From NCBI GenBank assembly GCA_030141605.1, contig JAQGDQ010000518.1:93078-157077 (forward strand): a stretch of 64,000 bases of DNA, in the 5' to 3' direction. Positions 27,203-59,185 of this stretch are shown one piece after another; positions within the stretch are counted from its first letter, which is position 1, and every line of letters begins with the position of its first letter. This stretch comes from Tubiluchus corallicola. Lineage: Eukaryota; Animalia; Priapulida. Both the position numbers and the translations under genes were made by a program. The notes beneath the pieces are model-generated. The model saw only the letters and a list, made by a program, of their open reading frames with translations. It had not been told where the DNA came from and searched no databases.

Positions 27203-29017
27203 GACTAGACGAAAATATCATAAGGCACCTGCAACAGCGGCAAATTTCTGCTGATAAACTTTCATTCTACTGATATGTAAGTATGAACATCTTTCACACT
27301 TCTTGAACTTTTATTAAAATATTGCATAATTTTATAATGCACGGAAATGGGCAACTGAAATGGAAATAGCTACGACAAATGGAATTGGCCCGATTTCCTA
27401 CGTTTCTGCAAACTGAAAACATAATAGAGACAGAATTTACTTAACGTGTTACTTTCTGACCTAAACAGTTTTTTCAGCCTTTCCCGGCTTTTTTTAGAAG
27501 TTCTCCCAAAAATTTTAATTTTTTTATGCAACTTGCTCACCCACTACGTCCTTTCCACCCTGTTTTTGCATCTGTGATGAGAAACACAGGAAATTCTTTA
27601 GCATGAGCTTATAATGAATAGCAACACGTTTGTGGAAATGTTTCCCCTGTTCGCGCAAAACGCATACGTCCATGTCTTCGAAGTATTTGGTATTCATAAT
27701 AAAATTCGTTTAAGGGTCATTCCACCTCAAATCACACAATATTTTTTCTGATAAACACACTTACGTCACAGATTTTAACGCAAGTTTGGTGTGTTGGTTT
27801 GGCTTACGGAGAAATGCAAGAATCCAAATTTTTAGCGAAATTGGGCCAACGGTTCAAAAGTTATGGCATTTTGAAAATCACCGAAAGGGCCAAAAAATCC
27901 CCAAAATCGACGTGACCTGCAATTTTTAAACAATCATAACTCAAGCAGATTAAATCCAATTTTGATGGGAGTGGTATCATTTAAAAGAGAATTCAATAAG
28001 CTTTCAGAATCTGCAATAAAACTTCAGATAGGTGGTGTCTGAATTTGCATGAACTTGTGACCGTTACTTTGACCTTAAAAATGGTCTTGTGGGATAGAAT
28101 TTGCTGGACCGAAACCTGACATTTGTGAATTCCTTGGTATCTGAGCCAGGTACTCTGTAAAAAGCTAAGGTGTTTTTTGCTTTGAACAATTTTTATAGGC
28201 ATTTGACTTTAACAGTAGAAGCCTATGTAACACTCCACTATGTAACAGTACAACAGTAACACTCCAAACACCAAATATTGAACGGATGCATATGAAACAT
28301 ATGCACATACATACTATATGACATATACATATATAATTTTGCGTGCGATATTAGTTTTCTAATGTTATGTGAAGCCAAACACAAATGCCTGATAAACTAC
28401 ATACTTAATTTATATAAGAAATTACTTTTTATTTACAATCTGCCACACATAATTTGATGATATTAGTTATAGGACCATATTACTTTTAATTTCTGTAAGG
28501 TGGAATTGAAACAAAACTGACGATTCTTTGGAACGGAATTTGGCTAATTTTGAAATGGAAAATCGGAGGCCTTACCTTTGTTATTGCCACGACTAGCTTA
28601 GTCCCCAAAATCACAAGATCGATATTATTTTGAAACTTGTCACTATAACATGATACATGATGCCCTATTCAATGTAACCACAAATGAGCAATAATGTGTA
28701 TGTGTCAACATTTTCCTATGTGCCTCGCTCACGTAGAAACAAAATAGAAAAGATGGAGGGTGTGGCAACAATAAGCTAGAGCCCTAGTCTAGTGTTCTGC
28801 AATTTCTTAGTGCAAAATTGCAAATAGGAGTGCCAGGTTTTTTTAAGTAAACCCACCAAACCTTGTACACCATTTTATTATTCTGGTAGTATCAGGTAGC
28901 TGTCAAAAGAAAACTTGCACCTCAATGAAAACAAGGCTATACTATGACAAGCACTGTATAATGAGCTTTCAAATCACCCTCAGTGTGCCACTGATGCTGT
29001 TTGATTCTCTATCTTAA

Positions 29018-29440
29018 GGCTGCTTAGACGATCAGTTTTTTCATCAAACTTTTTTATCAGTTTTAGTTTGACAAACTAGTCTGTTCGTATAAACAGCGAA
29101 ACTGATAAACTTATAGATGGCATCAACCAATCAAACAAAAACTGACAAACTTCTAACTTCGCTTAAAAACACTTTTATTAAAAACGATTTAAAAAACAGT
29201 AGCTTTTAACAAAATAAAGCAACAAATTTCCTCGCCATAACTCTGGCGTTCTGCTACTCTGCACACTCCCTCTTTTTGCTCTCCTCTGCTACATCTTCAT
29301 AATTTGCCCAACTAGTTCACTAATTAAGCCATAATACATCTATGACTCAAGTACAGCTTAGTCAAGCGCAACATTGAGACTAAAGGTTTTATTTGTCAGT
29401 ATTAGTTTGACAGTTTAAAAACTGATCGTGTAAATGGGCC
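29018..29440. mobile_element. PIF/Harbinger-like MITE
   Basis: taa|ggctgcttagacgatcagttttt ... aaaaactgatcgtgtaaatgggcc|att(aa) inverted termini. Confidence 0.65.
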
Positions 29441-30250
29441 ATTAATCTTCACGAATTTATGAAATCTATATATTACCAAAACACAAAAGTGAAAAAATGA
29501 AAATGGCAGTTTTTCCTTTGCATACTCTGAATTAATATAAAATTGTTATTGACATGATATCAAACAAAGATTAATTTGATACTTAGCAGCGTGGCCAAAG
29601 ACAAAACCAATCAAGTTCGTCACACATACATTACTTGCATATTTTAGGTTTGAACTATGACCTATGCCATAAAAAATGTAATCTAATAGTCGCTACTGTT
29701 TTATTATCAAGAAATGCAGACGATTCCTAAAAAAAACTAGAAATGGATCACAGATATTGTAGCTTTAACAACACACAACAGTTAATTTTAGAGGTTAACT
29801 ACGATTATATTCACGATTGCAACATATCTTACGCAAACCTCAGACTGGCAAGAAAGTAATAAGCTGCTAGCTACGCAAACAAACATAGATGTATTTATAA
29901 ATTTATATTTTTATTCAATAAAAATTAGTATGATCTAGTAAACAAGGTTGGAACGACGTAAAAGCTTGCGTCCAGCAATAACAGAAATCTTCTGTTTAGT
30001 GTTATATTGTCTCCAAAATATATGCGAAGGGAATTCACTACGACTGCTTCCATGGTAACAACATTATCATAATGCGCAACACGTTGGTCAGAATTAATCT
30101 AAACTGAGGGTTGTGCGTTTATGGCAACAACATCGCTACCTAGCTACTTCGAGCGCACTCAACTGTTCTGCATCAGTTTCGAGTAGTTGAGGTGCACTAA
30201 GTATTTTGCTGTGAATCGAGATCACTGCATTTGGCAATTTCACTAGGCGG

Positions 30251-30678
30251 TAGGGGTGAGCATTCTCTACCAGAAAGCGAATTCGAATCGAACCGAATTT
30301 GTGACTTTCGAATTCGAATCGAACCGAAGTTTAGTGTTTCGAATTCGAACCGAATTCGAATTGAGATTGAAAGATTTTCGAACTAGTTTTCGAACCACCA
30401 GTAAAAATTAGTCTTACAAAGATCATGCATGTCACTAGATTTTGTTCTACAATAAAACGACTAGTAATTGGTATAAAATTGTGCACAGAAATCACAGCTA
30501 AATCACGCGAAATGCATGATGTTTTTATCGTTTTAGTGATGTGATCGAAGTGCTGAATTATTCGAATCTACAGTTTGGATTCGAATCGAGTTCGAACTAA
30601 AAAAACTCGTTCGAATCGAATTCGAGGGTTCGAATTCGATTCGAACGATCGAAATCGAACGTTCGATGCTCGTCCCTA
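30251..30678. mobile_element. hAT-like MITE rich in ttcgaa palindromes
   Basis: TIR taggggtgagcat / atgctcgtcccta with dense subterminal ttcgaatcgaa repeats at both ends. Confidence 0.7.
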
Positions 30679-33261
30679 CTGTTTAGGTCTGCATCAAGAG
30701 GTTATAGAAGTACATTTTTTCACATGGACAAACTAAATGTAACTAGATGCAAGCCTAACTGAGTGTTTAGTATAGTAATGGCTGCATGTGATACATAGGA
30801 TCTATGTATGTAAATGTTTTAATGCCTTTTCAACATGTTTACTTAAATTCGAAATTAGCATCAAAGCACTTGGGTTTAGATAACGTTTTATCAGCAGTAT
30901 CTATGGGCGTGAACACTAGACACCGTGATTCAAAGATTTCCGATCTTGCTCAGTAGTTTTGCTTGCCAGCAAGGGAAGCCGTGGCATAACAGCGTTTATT
31001 TTTTTGCTGGTTTAGTGTTGTAATTACCTGTCTTGAGGGCAGCTTTCTTATTTTTGTATTTAGCCTGCAAATGTCTACGATAGACGTGTAATGATGAATG
31101 ACATGGCGTAGTACTAACTATTATGGATATGATTACATAGGTAGTAACATTAATTTCTATGATCATGGGATGATGATTTGTTCTGACCAGTTTTTCTTAA
31201 CTTTTGGAAAACAATATGATTTTGCGGACAAAACTTTAGGTAAAATAGTGAGTGACATCTCACGTCATAATATTAAGTATATTCACGCTTGTCTATTTCT
31301 GCAAGAACTTGATTTGCGTGATTATGTTCTTAATCTTAGTATTTGCACTCAAAATTTTGAAGTATGTTATATTGTCTCTTATAGCCGTGGATCTCAAGTG
31401 CTGAAATACGTATTAGAGAACAAAATCTGACTGAGCAAAAACTCTGAACTATGAAGCCCATTTCTTGAATTAAGTGTGAAATCGTTCAGCTTTGAAATAA
31501 GTTTGCTGGCAGGATAAAGTCCCTGTTGAACTGTTCCTACTAGTACAGTTTTTCTGAAAGCCATGTGAAGTCTACCCTAGAAACCTTATGCATAGTAAAG
31601 ACTAGAAGTTTTTCTAGTAATGGCAAGTCTTAGATTACAACTAAATTTCAACAAATTATAATGCAACTTTAACAACAGCTTTCCACTTGTAACGTGCCGA
31701 GGGTTATTTGGTTTAAAACAAAATAACTACTGCCACTATTGTAATGTTTTGTAACCGCTATTACATTCCTAATTTTTATATAATGATCAGGAAAATATAC
31801 TACATGTATTTTCACGGGTTCGTCTGCTGTTTTTTTAAGGCTGTTTAGTTAAAAACAAAACAAGATGAAACATAAATTTTAAAGCTATAATTATTACAAA
31901 AGAAGAGTACAACAACAAGTCAACAATAAGAGCTCAAAATTACTATTAGTGGCTTGCTGTGAAAGCCCCCAAGGAAAGAAGAGGATAGGAAAATGAATGC
32001 GCATAACTTATCTGAATGTTCATGACGACGTTGTGCACAACTTGACGATCGTCCCACAATGACAACGCTGACGCCGGCAATCCTCCATGAGCCATAACAA
32101 TGCAGATGACGACAGCTAATCCACAGCATCCAGCAAGCCTCTTGTAGTCTACAACACGAACGTACCAACAGCTGACTGGAATGGAATAACATCACACTGC
32201 TGTGGCTTGACCAGTTCTTCAAACCATGCAACAGCAACGAGACTGAGAAAGACAGGCTATACAACAGGAACACTGTCCTTTTGGCCAAAACAACACTTAG
32301 CTCAGCTCTCCATGGTAAAGAAGTTACACCACAGATCGTGTACCAGCCTTTCCAGACGAATGCCTTAACTACAGGTATACTGGAACATGCCCACTGGTCA
32401 GACCAACAACTAACATCTGTACCAGTGAAAGTATCAACTCAACTGTCCAGAACAGGTATTGCTTTTCCTGCATAAGCAAACGAAGCACTCCAACAGGTAA
32501 GTACAAACCATTTTAAGTGACAGGGGTGAGGAGATGATGAAATGAAAGAACACATACAGCAGTGCAAGCCAAGCAAGCCATTTACTATCAAAATTAGCAA
32601 CACGCACCTCACACCACTGTATAAAGTAATGTCCACAACACTTAAACGAAAAAGTATGAACAAACGTAAGAACGTGTTCCACACAACTTTGTGCCACCCG
32701 CATCCAAGGAGTTAGCAAAATGGATGCATGCAGAATGTAATATTTAATTGGACATCATTATAGACAGAGAGAGAGAGAGAGAGACAGAGATTTTTTGGTG
32801 CAAGACAAGTTTCCGTTGCCAACCTCTGGACTAACAGTCCATGGTTATTCTGGTAATGTGGATGTCAAACTGTAACACGACTTTTAAATTACTAAAAACC
32901 AGCTATTTACATAACATATATTAACACTAAATATAACATACATGTATACAAGCCTATACAAGTACACTTTAGCCTGTCGGCGATGGTATTGAATTTCAAT
33001 CTTACATTTGGATTTGGTTAAATGTCGTAGTTGTGATAATAGTGGTGATTTATTAATTCCTTATTACGTATTAATTCCCAATTACATATCATTATTTTGC
33101 TTAGCTAGGTTAACATTGTAGCAACAGACTTTAAAAATGTTACTAAATCATCTTTTACAGCTACTTTGGTTTTCTCAAACTAATGCGCTTACATAAACTT
33201 CATGTTTCAGATAATTCAATAGTGTGTGACAGGGACCATCTCAAGCTCGAAAAAGTGCATA

Positions 33262-38216
<4,955 letters not shown>

Positions 38217-38252
38217 ATCCAGCAAAGAAGCCTTGCTGTTTTAAAGGTGCTA

Positions 38253-38887
38253 TAAGTCTTCACTTAACGACGCTAATGCATTCAAGCAAAATGTCATTAA
38301 ACGAAGCCAAGACTTCCATAGAAAGTAATGTAAAATAATTGAGATACGTTCCAGTGGCAAAAATCGATACTGATGAATTTCTTTCTGCTTGCTTGAAACC
38401 GCCTATGTGTCTTACTTACCTAGCTAGTGGTTTCTCTTTCGTTAACATTTAAGTCTACGCAAGGGCTAAACAAATTCTGCAGCAGAGTCAAAGGCAAGCC
38501 CTGGGGTGACCTTGGGAATTTTATCTAGTCTGGGTTCTATAGCAACAAGTTGCAGCCAAAATTCCTTGCATAAGAGTTTGTCCCAGGTCTCACTTGACAC
38601 AAACGGCTAGCACTTAGTGGTCAGTCGGAAAACAAAAACCTGTGTACTTGTATAATAATTGCACTGTTTATGTAACTGGTGCACTTTTAGAACAGAATAA
38701 TGAAACATGTACTGTTTTAGTGGAAACTTAGGTAAACACATTGTTGATAAAATTAGGATTGGCTTTGAACAAAATAAACAAACATTGTCATTAAAAGGTA
38801 CATCGTTATGTGACAAAAGGTTGCTAAATGTTCAGTGTCATTAAAACAAAATGTCACTAAAGCGAGTCGTTAAACGAGGACTTACTG
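38253..38887. mobile_element. Tigger/pogo-like MITE, copy 2, immediately 3' of the Bmt2 stop
   Basis: taagtcttcacttaacgac ... gtcgttaaacgaggacttactg|TA. The interior is shared with 9600-10279, e.g. ctagcacttagtggtca and aaaattccttgcat. Confidence 0.8.
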
Positions 38888-41152
38888 TAATTTGATGAGC
38901 AGCTGAATTTCAGTGCAAACATCTGGCTTGTATGTTGTCTACATTGGAAGTTTTCATGGTTTTTACTGTTACTTTGTTAGATAATAAATTATAATGGTAG
39001 AAAATAGCAGTAATGTCATTTATATTTAAATGGGTTTAACTTTAGTCATATTTGTGAAAGACAAGAGTTGCTGTTTGCACAATCTATAAATAAGTGGTCT
39101 GCCATGAATTATAGCCAGATAGAAAAGCAGCGAAAATAATTTTTTGAAAAGGGTCTTATCTTCCCATTAGTTTCTTGAAAAGTTAATACTTTTTTATAAC
39201 TGTATTCATAAGACTAGCCCGGAATGCGAAGCATTGAGTTACTCGCTTATTGTGTTTTTCTTCCTAGCTGCCTGGATATGTTATTTAGAGCACTATTACA
39301 GTTGTCGTGGAAACTTCTACCTAGATGAAAACCTGTCAGATTTTAGCCTAGCTGCTCAACAAGCTGAGCTACTGGCCTACTGCCTTTTAAAATGACAAGC
39401 AAAACCCGGCCAGCTTTGATTGCTCATTACACTTGCAGGCTCATTTCAATCAAGGTGCAAGTTTTCTCTTTTCCTGTCCTTCTCTCACTCCCCTTCTCTC
39501 TGACTGTTTCTCCTTCTAGTCTTTGCCAATTTAGCTTTGCTCTTTCAAATTCATTATTTAGTTATTAAAAACATCTGCATGTAATTAGAATGCAGAATTG
39601 TGGCATTGTCGACGTCGCCTGCTCGTAAACTTTTCCTACTTAACTGTTGGAAACATAGGTCATATCTCAGATGGAAATAGATTTTGTTGGAAAACTAAGG
39701 ATTATAATAGCCATGCTGTAGAGCATGTTGATCATAACAATATAAAACCTCAGCTAAAATGATAAAATGAGTTAGCTGTTAGTAGATTATAGATACGCAT
39801 TTGCAGTTGCAGTGAGTCCACATTTCGATAACAATTCAGCATGTACAGTTTGCCTCACAATGAGTTAATGACAAGGTTTTATATTACGTCAATGAGATAA
39901 ACAATGACATGGTAAAATAAACGACTCTACAGAGTTATTCGCAAGTAAATAACTCAACAAGACACCCTGGGCAAGGTATGATGAAAGATATGGACCCATG
40001 TTTTTAGCATTCTGACTAGCTAAAATAATTTTGAGTATTGCTTTTGATGAATACAAAATTTTATATTATTAGTTATACTATTAATGATGGGCTTTTTTTC
40101 ATATATTTTTGCATTAAAGATAGGACTTTTTCAGTAAAAGTTTTGTTGGCGTATACAAAAATAGTCTCGCTAATGCAAAACTTTGAACATCGCGTATTAG
40201 AATTGGCGCCTATCATTTTCAAGTGTGAGCTGAGTCATGTGACTTACTAGTAAATGAAACAATGAAAGCGTACAGGATATGACTTTATGAAAGCTGTAAA
40301 TATTGTGTGAAAGTCAACAAGGGCAACTGCAGTTATTACATTTGAGTATAAAACACTGTTTGATTTATGTCAAATAAATACGTATATGCAGTTACTGCAG
40401 GAAGAAAAACATACTGCCCCTAGTGGAACAATTAAGTATAATTAGTGAACAAAACAAACTCAGTTACTTTGTCTGCATTAACAACAAGTACAAATTGTTC
40501 TGCTGTAGATATTCATGTGCTGTCTAGTTTCAAACAGGTTTATCATTTGAAAACAGACCAAGTGAAATGTAAATATACTTTACCTCTGAGCTTAATTGTA
40601 CACTACTGGTGATTCTTAGCAGTGTTCTCAATTTTATAATTTTCATTAAATTTATTTGTTTAGTTAATACTGTATACCTCCTATTCCATTTTTATTTCTT
40701 TGTAGGTTCTGGTCCCAAAGTAATGACTTATAAAGATTCATCTTTCTTTTCTTGTCCTCTCAACCTCATCCAACGTTTATCAGCCTTATTTTATTCAGCA
40801 AACCAGTGCTTGCAATTATGAACTCATTTTAACCATGTTAGCATAGTTTCATTATAAACTGGAATTTATAATGAATTACTGCTTAGAGCTGAACTTGAAT
40901 TACAGGTGTCTCTTGAAGAGTACCATAATTACTTCCTAGGTAGCTAAGCTGTGTTTACCTCACTTGCGGGACAAGTTTATTTTTGCTGATGTCGTTGACA
41001 TCGAAGCACGTGTTTTAGTTTATAAAAGTCACAGAATAACATAACTTAGAATAAATGTTTTCAACTTTTTTAAAAAACACTTTTGTGTGCATAGTGAAAC
41101 TGTGACAGTATTTTTGTATACATTTGATTCAACTCGTCTGTGAACACATGTA

Positions 41153-44513
<3,361 letters not shown>

Positions 44514-46154
44514 TGAGAGACTGTGTGTATTTGGTCATTGTATGAACATTTGAGTATGGTTGAATAAAATATCTCATTATTAAAAAACAAGGAAAATGAA
44601 AGAAATGTAGAAATGTTCCACTGTAGTTCTTCAGGCAAACAAAAAAGAGAACAAAATCACATGGAGTTACTAAAAATACCAAGCTAATTTTTGACTAGTT
44701 TTTTTGTTTATATTATTTACGTTAAGAAAGATATCGCACTAAAAAGGCTACATGTGCATAGAAGAAACACAGCAGCACATCAGATATACTTTCTTATTCT
44801 CAAGAACTATAATGCTACAGACAAACCTCGTTATAAGGCCAGGTCCGAGACATCACTAGATATGGCGCTATAGCGGAGTTGATGGTAAGACGAGGTTAAT
44901 TAAATATCAAACCCATTCTGCTGTGCAACCTCTGTTTTGTTTCCTAGTTAATTTTAATAGGTGACAAATAGTATAACGTTATTATACAAACAAGAATACT
45001 TGTGTTATATAATGTATATTTTTGCTGCATTAACAATGCAGGTGTTGTTCTATGATGGTACATTGTAAAACTTTTGCCTAACACAATGTGGAGTTGTAAT
45101 CTTGTGAAATACTGGTTACTGCTGATAAGAGAAATATGCAGCCACGTGACCCACCCACGCTCCCAACATAACATTACTGGACAATTAAGACTAAATAGCC
45201 ACCGCATATAACTTGACCTTGAGCTTTTACAGCCGTTAAATTCACATCAGTTCAGTACTGAAACTTAGCTATGTAACTCTTGCACTCTTAAAATGTATGT
45301 TCTTTGCTCAATACGTCAGCATTCACCTTCATTCAGTCACTTGCAATGACACCTAAACCTTAATTTAAACACCATAATTGTTTTTCTGTTCAGAGGTCAT
45401 TATTTTTACAACAGAATGGCTGTTTTTCAACAACAATTCATTGTACTTTATCTTGGCCTGCATTATCACGGGGTGAATTTACAATGTAAAATAGACCTTT
45501 GGCACAGCAGATACGTTGACAGATGGCGGTAGGCGAGGATGGCGTAATTTATTATCGAAATCAGGACAAGGCAATAGTTGGGTTATAACGGGGGAGGGGG
45601 GTATAACAGGTTCGACTTACCTGTAAATTTGCAACCACCCACTCAGATGCCCATATTTAAAGCCATTAGCAGAATTAATATAGTGTCTTTTGTCCTTTCA
45701 CAGCTAGGGTGTCACATTTTGTTTGTGTTGTTCTATCATTTCACTTGCAACAAGTTTCCAGAGCTAGATCTGCTTTCTCATATTCTCAGCTTTTACTTTA
45801 TTAGAAATGAGGCCTGTAATTCGTGTGAGGCTTCAAGTTATTAATACAGTGCCTCATGTTACCCCATTTTGCACCCACGTTGCCGGACGACGAGCTTCAC
45901 GTCATCTGACTCTTAGCAGACTGATTCGTCACAGTTGTGTTGCAAGAAAGCTTTTAGTCTGCGAGCCATGGAAGTCGTACGTGACAATATAAACTGGTAA
46001 CATTCATCAGCAAAGTACATAAAGTAGCTGTAAAGGAAATAATTTGTGAAAGCATCCTGATATTTTAAACAGAGTTATCTTAGAAAACTTGAGTTTTACT
46101 AATACATTGAGTTTGGCTTAGTTTTCCTTTTAATTAAATTTGTACAATTTTTAG

Positions 46155-46528
46155 GTCCACTAAAAGATTGCCCCAACCTCATCTGCGCACCTCACATATC
46201 TTGGTACAGTGATGCCAGCCTGACGGAACTCAGAGAAATGGCTGCAGGCGAGATTCATCGTGCCATTTCAGGACACATTCCCGATTCTCTGCGGAACTGC
46301 GTTAAGAAGGAATACCTGCCTTATGACCGAGCAGGAAACGATGCTGCATTTAACATCTCAGCTGTTGGTGTCACTCGTTCGACCACTCCTCTTTCTGACC
46401 CTCACCTGTCACACCCACTCCCACCCCTAACATCTCACACACTGCAGCCTGCACATTCTACTACTGTTCTTGATATTGGGTTCAGTCTTTCCAACTCCAG
46501 CAGTGAGGTAGCACATGAGCATATTTAA
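46155..46528 (+). CDS. CtBP: C-terminal binding protein (CtBP) terminal exon; orphan, possibly a pseudo-exon
   Basis: Acceptor ttttttag ends at 46154, followed by [55 protein letters not shown]. This closely matches the CtBP sequence GPLKDAPNLICTPH..YS..S..E.RE.AA.EIRRAI.G.IPDSL.NCVNK. A Pro/His/Ser-rich tail follows and the stop is at 46528. No upstream CtBP exons were recognised. Confidence 0.8.
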
Positions 46529-48455
46529 TATGAGTTTATCTGACCCATCTATCAGCAGGGGCGCCTGCCCCAAATTGCAGGGGTGAGGGCAGCATTTATG
46601 AAAAGGGCACAGTCTGCCTCTCACATATTCCTTTTGAAATGAATAATAGAAGCACGTGTTCATGTACAGTTTTGCTCCTTTAATGTACAAAGAAGTACAC
46701 TAAGAAAAGTAAGTGTACCAACAAAAGGACTGATTACCGTGTAATAATGCAGTGATAAGCAGGGCTGAATTATCACATTGGCTGCAGCCTAAGGCCCCCA
46801 ACCTTTGGTAACATTTGGTAAAAAATAATCAGTTTTTTCACTACAGTTGTGTTGTGCTAATTTGATTTGCAATAACCGTGAAATAATGGAAATTTCTGAA
46901 AAAATATTTTTATTGACAAAGAAAAGAGAGCTATACTAGTTTTTAAAGAATTTTCATTAAAGTTTCCTTAAGCTATGTAAATGTCACTATATATATTTCA
47001 AGTAAAAAACCATTCCAGGCGGGTGCCGGTGAGTTAGAGGAGGTCACTCCCGTTTAGAAGCCGCATTCCCAGAATCCAATGAGAATCGTTGTTAAAGTTC
47101 TGGGTATTACATATTTCCGCACAATTGACAATAGCGATTGCGTGCGGTTCAATCCTCCAGGATTCATATGAAACTCGTATCAGTAGCGCATTAGAGCTAA
47201 TGACCATAAGCTTATTAGCTCTATAGACTCGTTATTTGTTTAAACCTTTGCAGGTGGTTATTCCGGCGAAATCTCCATTAAATAACTCCCTTAGAAATGC
47301 TCGAATCCTTCTTTTATCTGTTATTAGTGAAAGCCTTCGTACGTGATAGATATAACAAGCCAACTTAATATAATGCAGTAATAAAATCACAATACATATA
47401 AATAATTGTGTTATGTTCAGTCTCTGGACTGAAGTTTTAAAATAGTGTCAAATTGTTAGTAAATTATACAAGATTAAAGACACTGATGAAACTAAAGTTA
47501 GCAAATAAAAAAACATTTAAAATTAAAATTTGCAAATAATGATACACAAGAGCACCAGGATTTGGTTGCAGATGGCAAGGATGTTGTGAGCGAGTGGATA
47601 AGATACAGCTAGTTAATATCCTCTTTCTACTGTCTCGTTAAAGACTTTTATACGACTTTTATGCAGCCTTTAGATGGCCTAAATACATCTGATATTTTTT
47701 TCAATTTTTATAAATTTATTATATGATGTACGATACGAGCCTGTTAAGAATTCTTAGTCTTGTGTGACTTCGTCATCATAATTTAGATGCCAAGTAAAGT
47801 AATAATAATTACTGATTTATAAATTATATTGTTGTGCAAATATAGATAGTTCCTTGTTGCAAAACGACGGGAAAACCAATGTAACGATGTAAACAATATT
47901 TACTAAACAGTTTTCGGTGTTCTCGTGTACGCTCCCCTATCTTTCTCACCTGTCCTTGAAGTATTATTATCTATATTATTATTAATAATATTATTATCAT
48001 TATATTTTTTGATAAATTATACTTGTGTAAGGCTACATCACAATGAGATTTCACTGGTACGCATGCGCCAGGAGTCTGTCACGTACTTAGAAGCAGAATG
48101 ATTTTGAGATATTGATTCATTTGTGGCAACTGAAAACTTTCTTACCTCGATGGTTTCAATGAAATGACAGTATGGCGTTCATTAAAACTTGTTAATATAA
48201 TGTTGCCCACGCAGTTTATTTAAAAAAAATATCTACTCACCATAGCGTGTTACTAACACCAAACTTGAACACATCTTGACTAGATTTAACGAAGCAGCAT
48301 GTGAGTAAGTTGTGAAATCAGGTGTGGCACCTGCAACTTTAGAATCTTCTGATTGAAATACGGCTTTCCTTAACACGCCAGAAGAACAATAATTCCACTT
48401 CCATTCATAATATAAAAACAAGCAATCAACTGTGGTAATACGGTCGCATATTTTC

Positions 48456-57830
<9,375 letters not shown>

Positions 57831-58475
57831 ATAAACTTCTTACTTAATTCCATTATTATAAATCCCAAGTATTAGCTTGATATTGCGTTACAGCTATAAA
57901 AGATTTTTGTAAGATATATAATTGTAATTATATTAAGCTTTTTTATTCTGTTGTTACTGTTTTAATGGACAAAGTTATGATTACTTCTCATGCTTTTAAT
58001 AACTAAGCTCACAGAACTGGCAGAAGCGCTTTTTTACGGCTGTACCTTGTTTTAGAGAGACGAAAACGTATACTGTAGTTGATTTTAAACTGCAGAAATG
58101 GCAAAACATTTAAAGTAAAGTTCTGTATACAGCCTTGAGCTGCAGACAAAGTTATAACCCCCATCCCCACCCACACGCGCGCGCACGCGCACACGCACAC
58201 GCACACACACACACACACACACAAAATCACGATATGCAACTCTTCCTTCATTTCTCCATAAATTCTTAATTGAAATGCGTAACAATTTATTATAGTAAAA
58301 AAAATAGAGCAATTTTTCAACAACCAAACAGTTTAAAATATAAAAACTACGCGAATTTATACAAAGAGGCATTTAGATATACACACCAAGATGCATAATA
58401 AAAACACATTTGAATTAGCAAGTCAATAATATAAACTAACGCCAAATCACATTAAGATGTCGAGACAGACACGCA

Positions 58476-58520
<45 letters not shown>

Positions 58521-59185
58521 CACTCTCCGTTTACAATCGCACTAATAGCACTAATACATCATCCGTAAAACTCCCAAAAATGACGCTTTCTGTGTATTTT
58601 TTTTGTTTGTTTGGTGTCGTGGCACAGTCATGTAACACTGTAAAACAAAATTTGATATACGAGTTCTGCGAGTTTTTTTAATAACCGTCCACATGACGTG
58701 GTTTCTTTCGAAATTTGTGGGGTTTTTCAAAACAACCTGCAGGGGTTTCCAAAAAGACCAATAACCTGAAGGTTTTTTCCACTTGTTGTGGATTGTGGGG
58801 TCGAGGAGGAAAAGAACTAACCACACAGTATCGCACTTAACAAAAAAAAATTGGATATGAGCAATAACAGCCAAATTGTACTGATAAAAATCACGATTTG
58901 CAACTCTTCCTTCATTTCTCCATAAATTCTTAATTGAAATGCGTAACAATTTATTATAGTAAATAAAAAATAGAGCAATTATTCAACAACCAAATAGTAT
59001 AAAATATAAAAACTACGCGAACTTTTCCAAAAAATACAACAAAAAGTACTGTTACCAATGCCAGTACATTAACATTACAAACATGCAAATTTATACAAAG
59101 AGGCATTTAGATATACACACTAAGATGCATAATAAAAACACATTTGAATTAGCAAGTCAATAACATAAACTAACGACAAATCACA

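Noticed and set aside
31920-32760. Cluster of GC-richer ORFs between SLC44 and Bmt2
   Set aside because: No recognisable motif or consistent splice structure. It may be a decayed retroelement, but I cannot support a call.
27230-33210. Shared bidirectional promoter for SLC44 and Bmt2
   Set aside because: The genes are head-to-head but ~6 kb apart with unmapped 5'UTR exons; no TSS or motif can be supported from sequence alone.
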